From contig CBDFJR010000005.1 of assembly GCA_965248535.1 (NCBI GenBank), forward strand, positions 640,001 to 704,000: a DNA stretch of 64,000 bases, read 5' to 3'. This DNA comes from Phormidesmis sp. GTDB taxonomy: Bacteria > Cyanobacteriota > Cyanobacteriia > Leptolyngbyales > Leptolyngbyaceae. A program made the position numbers and the translations under genes. Below the pieces are notes generated by a model. The model was not told the origin of the DNA. It saw only the letters and a list, made by a program, of their open reading frames with translations, and did not search any database. Below are positions 31,784-41,820 of this stretch, piece after piece (the stretch's first letter is position 1; each line of letters begins with the position of its first letter).

Positions 31784-34012
31784 CTATGGTTCGTTTAGCG
31801 CTGCTCGAATAAAAACGGTTGTGCTCTCCCACATTACCGTCTGATTGCCCAAACCTTGGCTAAATCGCTGATGAATTTGAGAAATCTCATCGTCTGATAG
31901 ACCGCGAGCTAAATGATCTCGATAGCTAAGCGTCAGAGAACTATCGCGACTCGGAGCAAACCAGCGATCGCAAAGCGCTTGACTCAAATAGATAGCCGTT
32001 TGCAACCGATGAGACTGAAGCTCGGCCAAAAAATTTGCCTGCTCAAAGAGTAACCCCAACTCGTCTAGATCCCAATTCACTCTAGGGTCAGAATCTTGAG
32101 CGTAGATCGCTTCTTCGGACTGCACGAGACGATCGTAGATGTCGGCATCAAGCCAGGTGCGATCGAGCAATCGATAGAGCCGTTGAGCATGGCGCGGCAC
32201 CGCTTCTGCCAGCACCACCTGACCATCAGGCTGAAGCAGACTAGCCAAATGAGCCAGCACGATCGCTTTATCAGGTTCGGCTTGCAGGGCGTTGCGTCCT
32301 AGAATGCGATCAAATTTCAAAGCGCCGGATTGAAAGGACTCTGAGAGTGAGTTGAGTTGAGTCTGCACAATCACAGGACGGGTCAACTCTGGCAACGTGG
32401 CAGATTGTTCAGTCAGGGCATCTTCATCTTGTTGAGTCTGCACACAGGCATAAACGCCGCCTTCGGGCACCCGGCGAATCGCCTCCCAGGTCAGCAGTCC
32501 GCTCTTAGCGTTGAGATCGAGGATCAAGTGATGACGTTGAGGGGCAGCCAGTTCAAACAGACGATCGCGCAGGCTCCCCAGTTTCTCACCTGCTTGGCTT
32601 AATGTGCGCTGCATCCACCGATCTAAATTAGAGTCTGATGGGCTGAGGGTTAACCCTTCCGGCAAGGCGACCCCAATGCCTTCAATCAAAGCGGCGAGTT
32701 GGGCTTCTCGCTGCCGGGTGACTTTAGTGCGAATCTGGGCCTCAAACCCCTGATCAGACGGTTGATAAAACACTTGCCCTTGCAGACTGCCAGGCAGATA
32801 TTGTTGCTCGACCCAGTGATCTCGATAAGAATGGGGATAGAGATAGCCAGAGCCGTGCCCAAACCCCTGTTTATCGCGGCTAGCGTCTCGCAAATGCAGG
32901 GGCACCTCAGAGGCGCGATCGTGCTCGATCGCCGACAGGGCATCAAAAAAGCCCATGACGCTATTAGATTTAGGAGCCGTCGCTAGATACAAAGCCGCTT
33001 GCGCTAGGGGATAGCGACCTTCGGGCAGCCCAACCCGATCAAAGGCTTGAGCGCAGGCATTGACAACCACGATCGCGTTGGGGTCAGCCAACCCGACATC
33101 TTCCCCCGCGAGAATCACCATGCGTCGAAAGATAAAGCGCGGATCTTCTCCGGCGTAGACCATTTTTGCCAGCCAATAGAGAGCAGCATCGGCATCAGAC
33201 CCCCGCAGACTCTTGATAAAGGCGCTGATCGTGTCGAAGTGAGCGTCGCCTTCTTTGTCATAGAGCACGGCTCGCTGCTGAATCGACTCTTCGGCCACCG
33301 ATCGGGAGATGTGAATCAATCCATCGGCATTGGCAGGAGTCGTTTCAACCGCAAGTTCCAGCGCGTTGAGCAGCGCTCGTGCGTCTCCGTTGGCAACATT
33401 GACCAGATGGTTGAGCGCGTCTGAGTCGAGTTGAATGGCCCGATCGCCATAGCCCCGGGCCCGATCGCTCAAGGTCTGCTCGACCACTTGTTTGAGGTCT
33501 TCGCTTTCAAGGGGTTTAAGTTGAAAAAGGCGCGATCGACTCACCAACGCTTTGTTGACTTCAAAATAGGGATTCTCAGTCGTCGCCCCAATCAAAATCA
33601 CGGTGCCGTTTTCAACCCAGGGCAACAGCGCGTCTTGCTGAGATTTGTTAAAGCGATGCACCTCATCAACAAAGAGAATCGTGCGCTGGCTCTGGTGTCC
33701 GCGTTTTTCTTGAGCCGTGGCGATCGCGTCTCGAAGCTCTTTGACTCCTGCCAAGACTGCATTAATCGCGATGAAATGCGCCTTAGTCGTGTTGGCAATA
33801 ATCCGCGCTAGAGTGGTTTTTCCGGTTCCGGGCGGGCCATAGAAAATCAGTGAAGAGAGTTGATCGGCTTGAATGGCTCGTCTCAAAAGTCGCCCTTGCC
33901 CAATAATGGCCGCTTGTCCCACAAACTCATCCAGCGTTTGCGGGCGCATTCGCGCTGCGAGGGGAGCTTCAGCGTCGGTGAGATCTTGGCGGTGACGATC
34001 GAATAAATCCAT
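31784..34012 (-). CDS. rarA: replication-associated recombination AAA+ ATPase RarA/MgsA with C-terminal methyltransferase-like extension
   Basis: PLAARMRP, GPPGTGKTT, DEVHRFNKSQQD, GATTENP, SAFIKSLRGSD, APKSNS; about 300 extra C-terminal residues. Confidence 0.9.
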   Translation of the reverse strand: MDLFDRHRQDLTDAEAPLAARMRPQTLDEFVGQAAIIGQGRLLRRAIQADQLSSLIFYGPPGTGKTTLARIIANTTKAHFIAINAVLAGVKELRDAIATAQEKRGHQSQRTILFVDEVHRFNKSQQDALLPWVENGTVILIGATTENPYFEVNKALVSRSRLFQLKPLESEDLKQVVEQTLSDRARGYGDRAIQLDSDALNHLVNVANGDARALLNALELAVETTPANADGLIHISRSVAEESIQQRAVLYDKEGDAHFDTISAFIKSLRGSDADAALYWLAKMVYAGEDPRFIFRRMVILAGEDVGLADPNAIVVVNACAQAFDRVGLPEGRYPLAQAALYLATAPKSNSVMGFFDALSAIEHDRASEVPLHLRDASRDKQGFGHGSGYLYPHSYRDHWVEQQYLPGSLQGQVFYQPSDQGFEAQIRTKVTRQREAQLAALIEGIGVALPEGLTLSPSDSNLDRWMQRTLSQAGEKLGSLRDRLFELAAPQRHHLILDLNAKSGLLTWEAIRRVPEGGVYACVQTQQDEDALTEQSATLPELTRPVIVQTQLNSLSESFQSGALKFDRILGRNALQAEPDKAIVLAHLASLLQPDGQVVLAEAVPRHAQRLYRLLDRTWLDADIYDRLVQSEEAIYAQDSDPRVNWDLDELGLLFEQANFLAELQSHRLQTAIYLSQALCDRWFAPSRDSSLTLSYRDHLARGLSDDEISQIHQRFSQGLGNQTVMWESTTVFIRAALNEP

Positions 34013-34071
34013 TTAGGTGCAGCGTGGAATGATCGATATCTTCGACCCTACCAAAAGTCTTCGTCCTTCTC

Positions 34072-34201
34072 ATACCAATTTAATTTGTGAATGCGACAGA
34101 TCCGCACGAGGGCACGGTAGGGGCATGGCATGCCGTGCCCCGTCGGATTGAACGATCAGTCGCAATTGCATCCGAAACGCAATTGCATCCGAAGTTGGTA
34201 T
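34072..34201. mobile_element. MITE/REPIN-like 130-bp element containing a GTAG-type REP palindrome
   Basis: Ends ATACCAA / TTGGTAT, inner arms TGCGAC...GTCGCA, central GTAG-GGGCATGGCATGCCGTGCCC, tandem CGCAATTGCATCCGAA x2. Confidence 0.6.
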
Positions 34202-34353
34202 CACGCTTGTCGCTGAATTAGCGTTTCCACGACTCCGACTAATCGAGTGACGTGGTGGCTCTCGATCGTGTCTGCCATTCTCGAAACCTGCTGCCCTTGT
34301 CGATCGAGGCATCTAATCGATCAAATTCTTCTTTATATGCCGGACTGCATCGC

Positions 34354-34965
34354 CTACCCCAAAGGGGTTCTTCCGATCGGCACGGCATGAATATATTCGC
34401 TGCCAGATTCTGGAAAGCCCCGGTGATAGAGAGCTTCTTCGGGTCTGCCCCAGCCTAGTTGCAGCAAGATTTCTAACGTGTCGTCTTTGCCTTGGTGGGT
34501 CAGGGTAGCCCACTCTGTGCGCTGAAGAATGCGATCGAGGTCGCGACTCGACATCGGCTGATGAAACTTGCCGCAATTCATACTCAAATAGAAATCCATG
34601 CCCTCGGTGACTTCTTGCCAAAAGGCGACGATCGACGCTTTTGCAGCCCTTAAAACCACCCAATCGCCGCTGAGACTAATCAACTGATCATCAATTTTGG
34701 GGTAGCGAAACGACTGTCCTTTAATCACGACTGACTGCCAAACCAGTCCAGAAACCTGATGCTCTCGCTGATAGCAATGCACCGTGCTGCGAAAATCACT
34801 GTAGGCCGTAAATTTTTGGATGCCGTCAGACTTGACAAAGCGATCGATTAACGGATTGATGCCCGAAGGCGTTGCAGCCAGATTGAGACGCTGCCCATTC
34901 ATGCAGGCTCGTCGCTCATCGGTGAGAATTTTGACTAACTCTTCGGTGCTGTAGATTTTTGACAT
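34354..34965 (-). CDS. conserved cyanobacterial hypothetical protein
   Basis: 203-aa ORF with upstream GAGGA RBS; no recognised motif. Confidence 0.75.
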   Translation of the reverse strand: MSKIYSTEELVKILTDERRACMNGQRLNLAATPSGINPLIDRFVKSDGIQKFTAYSDFRSTVHCYQREHQVSGLVWQSVVIKGQSFRYPKIDDQLISLSGDWVVLRAAKASIVAFWQEVTEGMDFYLSMNCGKFHQPMSSRDLDRILQRTEWATLTHQGKDDTLEILLQLGWGRPEEALYHRGFPESGSEYIHAVPIGRTPLG

Positions 34966-35077
34966 CTCAAAATCCTCTAGCCAGAGTGTCCACTGTTTAA
35001 TCAGGTGTTGGCAAAATCCTATCGTGTCGCCCGGCGTTGAGCCGCTTTTGTCGGGGTCTTCTTAAGAATCGCGTCAT

Positions 35078-35545
35078 CTAGCCCAAACGAGGACGAATTC
35101 CATAGCGGCGGAGTTGCAGATAATCGTGCAGGATACGATCGTGATCAAAGCAAAGATTATCCGGCAGTTCCCAAACGTGGACAAGTTTGACATTTTTGGC
35201 ATCGTCTCCGGCCGTGGGTTCGCCTTTGGCAGTGGCGATATAAACCAGGCTCACCGTGTGCTGTCGAGGATCTCGTTTGGGGTCAGAATAAACCTGAAGC
35301 AACTCAACCAGGTCAACCGCTAACCCAATTTCCTCCATGGCTTCTCGACGGGCAGTGGTTTCAGCCGATTCACCATAGTCCATAAATCCGCCCGGAATTG
35401 CCCAGCCATGGGGCGGGTTTAAGCGCTCAATTAAAATAATCGGGCGATCGGGGCGATCAACCATTTCAATAATAATGTCAACCGTCGGCGCAGGATTTTT
35501 GTGAGTCACGGTATTTAGCGATCGTAAAGGGCCATCAACAATCAT
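35078..35545 (-). CDS. NUDIX hydrolase
   Basis: Nudix box [30 protein letters not shown]. Confidence 0.93.
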   Translation of the reverse strand: MIVDGPLRSLNTVTHKNPAPTVDIIIEMVDRPDRPIILIERLNPPHGWAIPGGFMDYGESAETTARREAMEEIGLAVDLVELLQVYSDPKRDPRQHTVSLVYIATAKGEPTAGDDAKNVKLVHVWELPDNLCFDHDRILHDYLQLRRYGIRPRLG

Positions 35546-35661
35546 CGGTCTTGACTCTCGTCGTATCCTTTCTTTTGACCGATTTTAACGTTTCGCTTGC
35601 CGTGCTAGAGTTCTCTAAGTATTTGTGCTGAATTTTTCTCGTTACCCTTCACCCTATCTTT

Positions 35662-37192
35662 ATGCCTTTTCCCAGATCTAGCGGCATTTTATTGCATCCC
35701 ACTTGTCTTCCTGGTCGGTTTGGCGTGGGCGAGTTAGGCTCAGAGGCGCGTCGCTTTGTTGACTTTATGGTCAACAGTGGTCAGCAGTTTTGGCAGGTGT
35801 TGCCCCTAGGGCCGACGGGCTATGGCAACTCGCCCTATGCGTCTTATTCAGCGATGGCAGGCAACCCGCTGCTGATCAGCCTAGAGATTTTGCAGCAGCA
35901 AGGCTTATTGTGGGATGAAGATTTGTGGAATATCCCTGAGTTTCCGATCGGGTGGGTAGACTTCGATCGGGTCGTTGCCTTTAAGATGCCGCTCTTGCAA
36001 AAAGCCTGCGATCGCTTCAAAACGCAAGCCTCTTCTGAGCAGCAGCAAAAATTTGCCGACTTCTGTCAAAGCAAAGCCTACTGGCTAGATGACTACGCGC
36101 TGTTCATGGCGCTAAAAGGAGAACACGACGGCAAAAGCTGGCACACCTGGGAGCCAGATCTAGCGCAGCGCCAGCCCGAAGCCTTAGATCAGGCGCGTGA
36201 ACGGCTGAACCAGGAAATCTTCTACTATAAATATCTTCAGTTTGAGTTTTTTCACCATTGGGCAGAGGTGAAGCAATATGCCAACGATCGCCACATTGAG
36301 ATCATTGGGGATATCCCTATCTATGTCGCCCACGACAGCGCTGATGTCTGGGCAAACCCCGAAAACTTTTCCCTCGACGAAAAAACGGGCGAGCCGAAAT
36401 TAATGGCAGGCGTTCCTCCCGACTATTTCAGCGATACGGGTCAACTGTGGGGCAACCCGGTCTATAACTGGGAGCATTTGCAAGAGACCGATTTTGCCTG
36501 GTGGCTGCGACGCTTTGAGGCCATGTTAGATTACGTCGATATCATTCGCATCGACCACTTCAGAGGGTTTGAGGCTTATTGGGCAGTGCCCCAAGGCGAG
36601 ACAACCGCAATGAATGGCGAATGGATTAAAGCGCCCGGTGAAGAGTTTTTTGAGGTGCTGCGGCTGAAGCTGGGCAGGCTGCCGATCATGGCAGAAGACC
36701 TAGGCGTGATTACCCCAGAAGTTGAGGCGCTGCGCGATCGCTTTGAGTTTCCCGGCATGAAAATCCTGCAATTTGCTTTTGGCTTTGGCTCTGATCCGGG
36801 CAATCCCTTTTTGCCCTTTAACTATCGGCACAACAGCGTCGTTTACACGGGCACCCACGACAACGACACCACGATCGGGTGGCACAACACCGCCTCTGAT
36901 TGGGAAAAAGAGCAGCTATGGCTCTACTTGGGCAGCATCAGTCCTGATGGGGTGCACTGGGAGTTGATTCGCATGGCGCTGACCTCGATCTCCAATCAAC
37001 TCTGCTCTGATTCCCCTCCAAGACATATTGGGGCTGGATGGCTCTGCGAGAATGAATTTTCCCGGCACGGCTGAAGGCAACTGGGGCTGGCGCTATCGAT
37101 CGGAGATGCTGAGTCATGAGGTGGGCGAAAAGTTCAAAACTCTAACCCGCCTTTCGGGTCGATTGCCACAGCCTCGCGATGAGGATAACTAA
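35662..37192 (+). pseudogene. malQ: 4-alpha-glucanotransferase (amylomaltase, GH77), frameshifted near 37000
   Basis: RSSGILLHPT, GVPPDYFS.TGQLWGNP, RIDHFRG, AEDLG, YTGTHDNDT in the ORF ending 37074; conserved tail IPLQDILGL...RMNFPG...GNWGWR lies in another frame (37010-37192). Confidence 0.85.
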
Positions 37193-37425
37193 GTTAATTC
37201 ATCTCCATGTATCAAGAAGCGATCGCTGTTCGATGAGTGGGTGGCGATCGCTTGAGCTGATCGAAAAGCGGCAAGTCTTTCTTTAGAGCAAAAGACTATG
37301 GACGAGTACAATGTGGTTCTTGAAGCCATCAAAAAACTTCAGTTAAACTAGCTAAACTCTACAGCGATCGCCTTTGTCTTACGATAGAGTCAGAAAATAA
37401 CAACCTGGAAGAGGAGACTATTTTT

Positions 37426-37698
37426 ATGCCTCATCCCGACCTCAGCAGCAAAGAAATCGCTCAACGTGGCAAAGAACTTTACCAGCAGCGTCTTCGTACC
37501 CACGTGGAAACAGCAGACAACATCGGCAAAATAATTGCCATTGATCTAAACACAGGTGATTACGCGATCGATAAAGACTTGCTTGCGGCTTATAACCGCT
37601 TGAAAGCAAAGCATCCTAACACTGTCACCTGGATAAAGCGAGTTGGCTATGATGCCGTCTACGCCATTGGTGGCACATTAGTCAGGACGGCAGAGTGA
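37426..37698 (+). CDS. small protein partnering the aspartic protease (DUF5678-like)
   Basis: EIAQRGKELY, IGKIIAIDLNTGDY, RVGY; strong GAGGAG RBS; GTGA overlap with next gene. Confidence 0.75.
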   Translation: MPHPDLSSKEIAQRGKELYQQRLRTHVETADNIGKIIAIDLNTGDYAIDKDLLAAYNRLKAKHPNTVTWIKRVGYDAVYAIGGTLVRTAE

Positions 37699-38063
37699 TC
37701 AGCGGGACAGTGGTTGGGCTTCAGGCACGCATAGGCATCATTTTATATGATTCCGATCGTGCAGGAGTAGAAATCGAATGTGTTGTGGATACGGGGTTTG
37801 AAGGGTTTTTAACCTTGCCACCTGCCATCATTCTAGATCTGGGTCTGCCTTACATTGCACCAATTGATGCAAATCTGGCGGATAACTCCCGTATTGAAGC
37901 CAATGTTCATCGAGGCGTTGTCCTATGGAATGGTGTGGAGCGAGTCATCCCAGTTTTAGCGATGGGTCGTCGTCCTCTCATTGGAACAGCCCTCCTAGAG
38001 GATTATCATCTCAGCATCGACTTTTGTGAGGGCGGTACAGTGCTAGTCGATGAAATTATCTAA
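37695..38063 (+). CDS. clan AA (retropepsin-like) aspartic protease, AF_0612-like
   Basis: VVDTGFEGFLTLP catalytic motif, LADNS flap region, PLIGTALL. Confidence 0.88.
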   Translation: MISGTVVGLQARIGIILYDSDRAGVEIECVVDTGFEGFLTLPPAIILDLGLPYIAPIDANLADNSRIEANVHRGVVLWNGVERVIPVLAMGRRPLIGTALLEDYHLSIDFCEGGTVLVDEII

Positions 38064-38197
38064 CAAATTCATCGCTTCCTAATTCTTGAGGATGACCTCA
38101 AATGAGAAAGTTGCAAGCCCTGACGAAAAACCGGAAGAACCTCATCAGTTCCCCCGGCTTTTACGATCGTTAAACCCTATCGAAAGACACCCATCAA

Positions 38198-39469
<1,272 letters not shown>

Positions 39470-39873
39470 TCAACTTAATATTGTGCTGCAAGGTGCCCTT
39501 TCTACCAAATTGGTGGGGCGGCAAGTTGCTCCTCTTAATCACTCTACAGATTTAAGGAACTTGGCGATCGCTCAGATCATAAATTTCCAGTTAAGTTCGC
39601 CCCTCTCTAGACAGAAATGCCATCTCACCTCTAAAGTTAGAAGAGTTTGCAAATTTTAGATTTGCTTAAGGCTTGTGAGGGGGATCACGATTTGGTAAGA
39701 TCTGCCGTAGCAAGTAGTCCTAAACACTTCACTGCAACGCCTTGAGCCAACCCAGGCTCTTCTAGGCAAGCAGCGTTTATAGAATTGCTGCCTTTTTACT
39801 TGAGCAAGTCGCCTATGCTCTGGCTGACTCAAGAAACCCATTAGTAGAAACCTTTTTGTTTTAGAGGAAACCT

Positions 39874-40875
39874 ATGACCAGTAAGCCAGACCGCGTGGTT
39901 TTAATCGGTGTTGCCGGAGACTCCGGGTGCGGTAAATCCACGTTCCTGCGCCGATTGACTGATCTGTTTGGGGAAGATTTCGTGACTGTTATCTGCCTAG
40001 ACGATTACCACAGTCTGGATCGCAAGCAGCGTAAAGAAACCGGAATCACGGCCTTAGATCCCAGAGCCAACAATTTTGACCTGATGTATGAGCAAATCAA
40101 AGCGCTCAAAAACGGGGAAAAGATTAACAAGCCGATCTACAACCACGAAACAGGTCTACTTGACCCCCCCGAAGTCGTCGAACCCAATCACATCATTGTG
40201 ATCGAAGGGTTACATCCGCTCTACGACGAACGAGTTCGTAACCTGCTTGACTTTAGCGTCTATCTTGACATCAGCGATGAGGTCAAAATCGCCTGGAAGA
40301 TTCAGCGCGACATGGCAGAGCGGGGTCACACCTATGAAGATGTGTTGGCTCAGATCAACGCCCGCAAACCTGACTTTGAGGCCTACATTGACCCTCAAAA
40401 AGGCTTTGCGGATGTGGTCGTTCAAGTGCTGCCAACGCAGTTAATCAAAAATGACCAAGAGCGAAAAGTGCTGCGGGTGCAGATGATTCAACGCGATGAA
40501 GTGGAGGGCTTTGAGCCTGCTTATCTGTTTGACGAAGGCTCTGAAATTCATTGGACTCCTTGCGGACGGAAGCTCACCTGCTCCTATCCAGGCATCAAGA
40601 TGTATTACGGCCCTGATTCTTACTATGGTCACAGCGTTTCGATTCTAGAAGTCGATGGCCAGTTCGACAAGCTCGAAGAAGTGATCTACATTGAGCAACA
40701 TTTGAGCAAAACGTCTGCCAAATATAACGGTGAATTGACTGAGCTATTGCTCAAGCACCGTGAATATCCTGGTTCTAACAACGGCACGGGCTTGTTCCAG
40801 GTGCTGGTGGGGCTGAAGATGCGGGCGACCTATGAGCGGCTGGTGGCCAAAGAGAAAGTTGCGGTCAGCGCCTAA
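39874..40875 (+). CDS. prk: phosphoribulokinase
   Basis: VAGDSGCGKST, ICLDDYHSLDR, WKIQRDMAERGH, PCGRKLTCSYPG. Confidence 0.98.
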   Translation: MTSKPDRVVLIGVAGDSGCGKSTFLRRLTDLFGEDFVTVICLDDYHSLDRKQRKETGITALDPRANNFDLMYEQIKALKNGEKINKPIYNHETGLLDPPEVVEPNHIIVIEGLHPLYDERVRNLLDFSVYLDISDEVKIAWKIQRDMAERGHTYEDVLAQINARKPDFEAYIDPQKGFADVVVQVLPTQLIKNDQERKVLRVQMIQRDEVEGFEPAYLFDEGSEIHWTPCGRKLTCSYPGIKMYYGPDSYYGHSVSILEVDGQFDKLEEVIYIEQHLSKTSAKYNGELTELLLKHREYPGSNNGTGLFQVLVGLKMRATYERLVAKEKVAVSA

Positions 40876-40934
40876 AGGCTGAGGTCGGTCTAGAGGGCGA
40901 TCGCGCCTAGACTCAGAAATAGCTTTGATGATTG

Positions 40935-40959
40935 GGGATGCAACGCGCATCCCTTTTTT
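40935..40959 (+). terminator. intrinsic terminator after prk
   Basis: GGGATGC-AACGC-GCATCCC followed by T6. Confidence 0.75.
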
Positions 40960-41119
40960 GTGTGATTGCAACTCTAAATCAGTCTCATAAGTTCTTCTAG
41001 GGAATTCAACCAACGTGAGGGGGGTGCTTTGACCTTATAATGTTTGTTTAAGATTTGATTTGATAGTAGCCCCGATCGTTGGCAAAAGCCCCCTTTTTAA
41101 CATCACTAGAGAAAGCAGC

Positions 41120-41668
41120 ATGGTTGTCAATCGAACGAGTAGAACGAATAGCCGCAGGGGTGCCAGCGATCGGAGTGCAAAATCCAATCCCGATGCCGTC
41201 TCTACAAACGGCGCGAACCCAGAAATCACTGACTCCCCAAAGGAAGAGAATATGAGCGCAGATGTTATCGATGTCACTCCTGAAGCCGAGAAAACTGGGG
41301 CCATTCAACTTCACAATCAGCCCAGTCTCTCGGTTTGGAACCGTCCCATCATGTCGAGCGAGATTGAGATCGTTGGAACGATTCAAGACGGTGGCATTCG
41401 CCCGATCGGAGCTAGCCATCTAGATATTGTAGGCACCTTGCTAACTAATCGCCCGATCGTGTCCAGTCACCTCCGCATTTTTGAAATGGTAGACAATCGT
41501 CCGGTCTTTTGTGACGAGATCAAAATGCTCGAAGGTCAAGGTTTTGATGGCAGACCTGTGATGGCTAGCGACCCAGACTTAATGACTGACAACATGGTGT
41601 TTGGGCAACGCCCGATCGCTTCTAACACTATCGATGATGCCCCCGCTTTGATGGGCTTTATTGACTAG
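41120..41668 (+). CDS. hypothetical protein with six RP[IV] repeats
   Basis: Disordered N-terminus, repeated xxRP[IV] units, C-terminal LMGFID; start uncertain (41060, 41120 or 41252). Confidence 0.7.
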   Translation: MVVNRTSRTNSRRGASDRSAKSNPDAVSTNGANPEITDSPKEENMSADVIDVTPEAEKTGAIQLHNQPSLSVWNRPIMSSEIEIVGTIQDGGIRPIGASHLDIVGTLLTNRPIVSSHLRIFEMVDNRPVFCDEIKMLEGQGFDGRPVMASDPDLMTDNMVFGQRPIASNTIDDAPALMGFID

Positions 41669-41703
41669 TTCAGATGGTTTAAATCTCAAGTTTAATGACT
41701 CAC

Positions 41704-41733
41704 AGGTGCTTTCTTCGGGAGGCACCTCTTTTT
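41704..41733 (+). terminator. intrinsic terminator
   Basis: AGGTGCTTTC-TTCG-GGAGGCACCT hairpin plus T-rich tail. Confidence 0.7.
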
Positions 41734-41820
41734 ATAGTTGAGTAATTCAATTCATGCCCTGGGCGTGTGAACGTTTATCATTGACAGATAAGCGCCCCCT
41801 TTAGTCCCAAAGTGCTCCCA

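Noticed and set aside
34070..34312. 80-aa minus-strand ORF upstream of rarA
   Set aside because: Largely a translation of the MITE/REP element
37256..37351. Short frame ADRKAASLSLEQKTMDEYNVVLEAIKKLQLN* after two HIP1 sites
   Set aside because: May be a gene remnant, but I cannot assign a family and it lacks a credible start
39714..39727. GTA-N8-CAC NtcA-like variant between petH and prk
   Set aside because: Imperfect match with no correctly spaced -10 element on either strand
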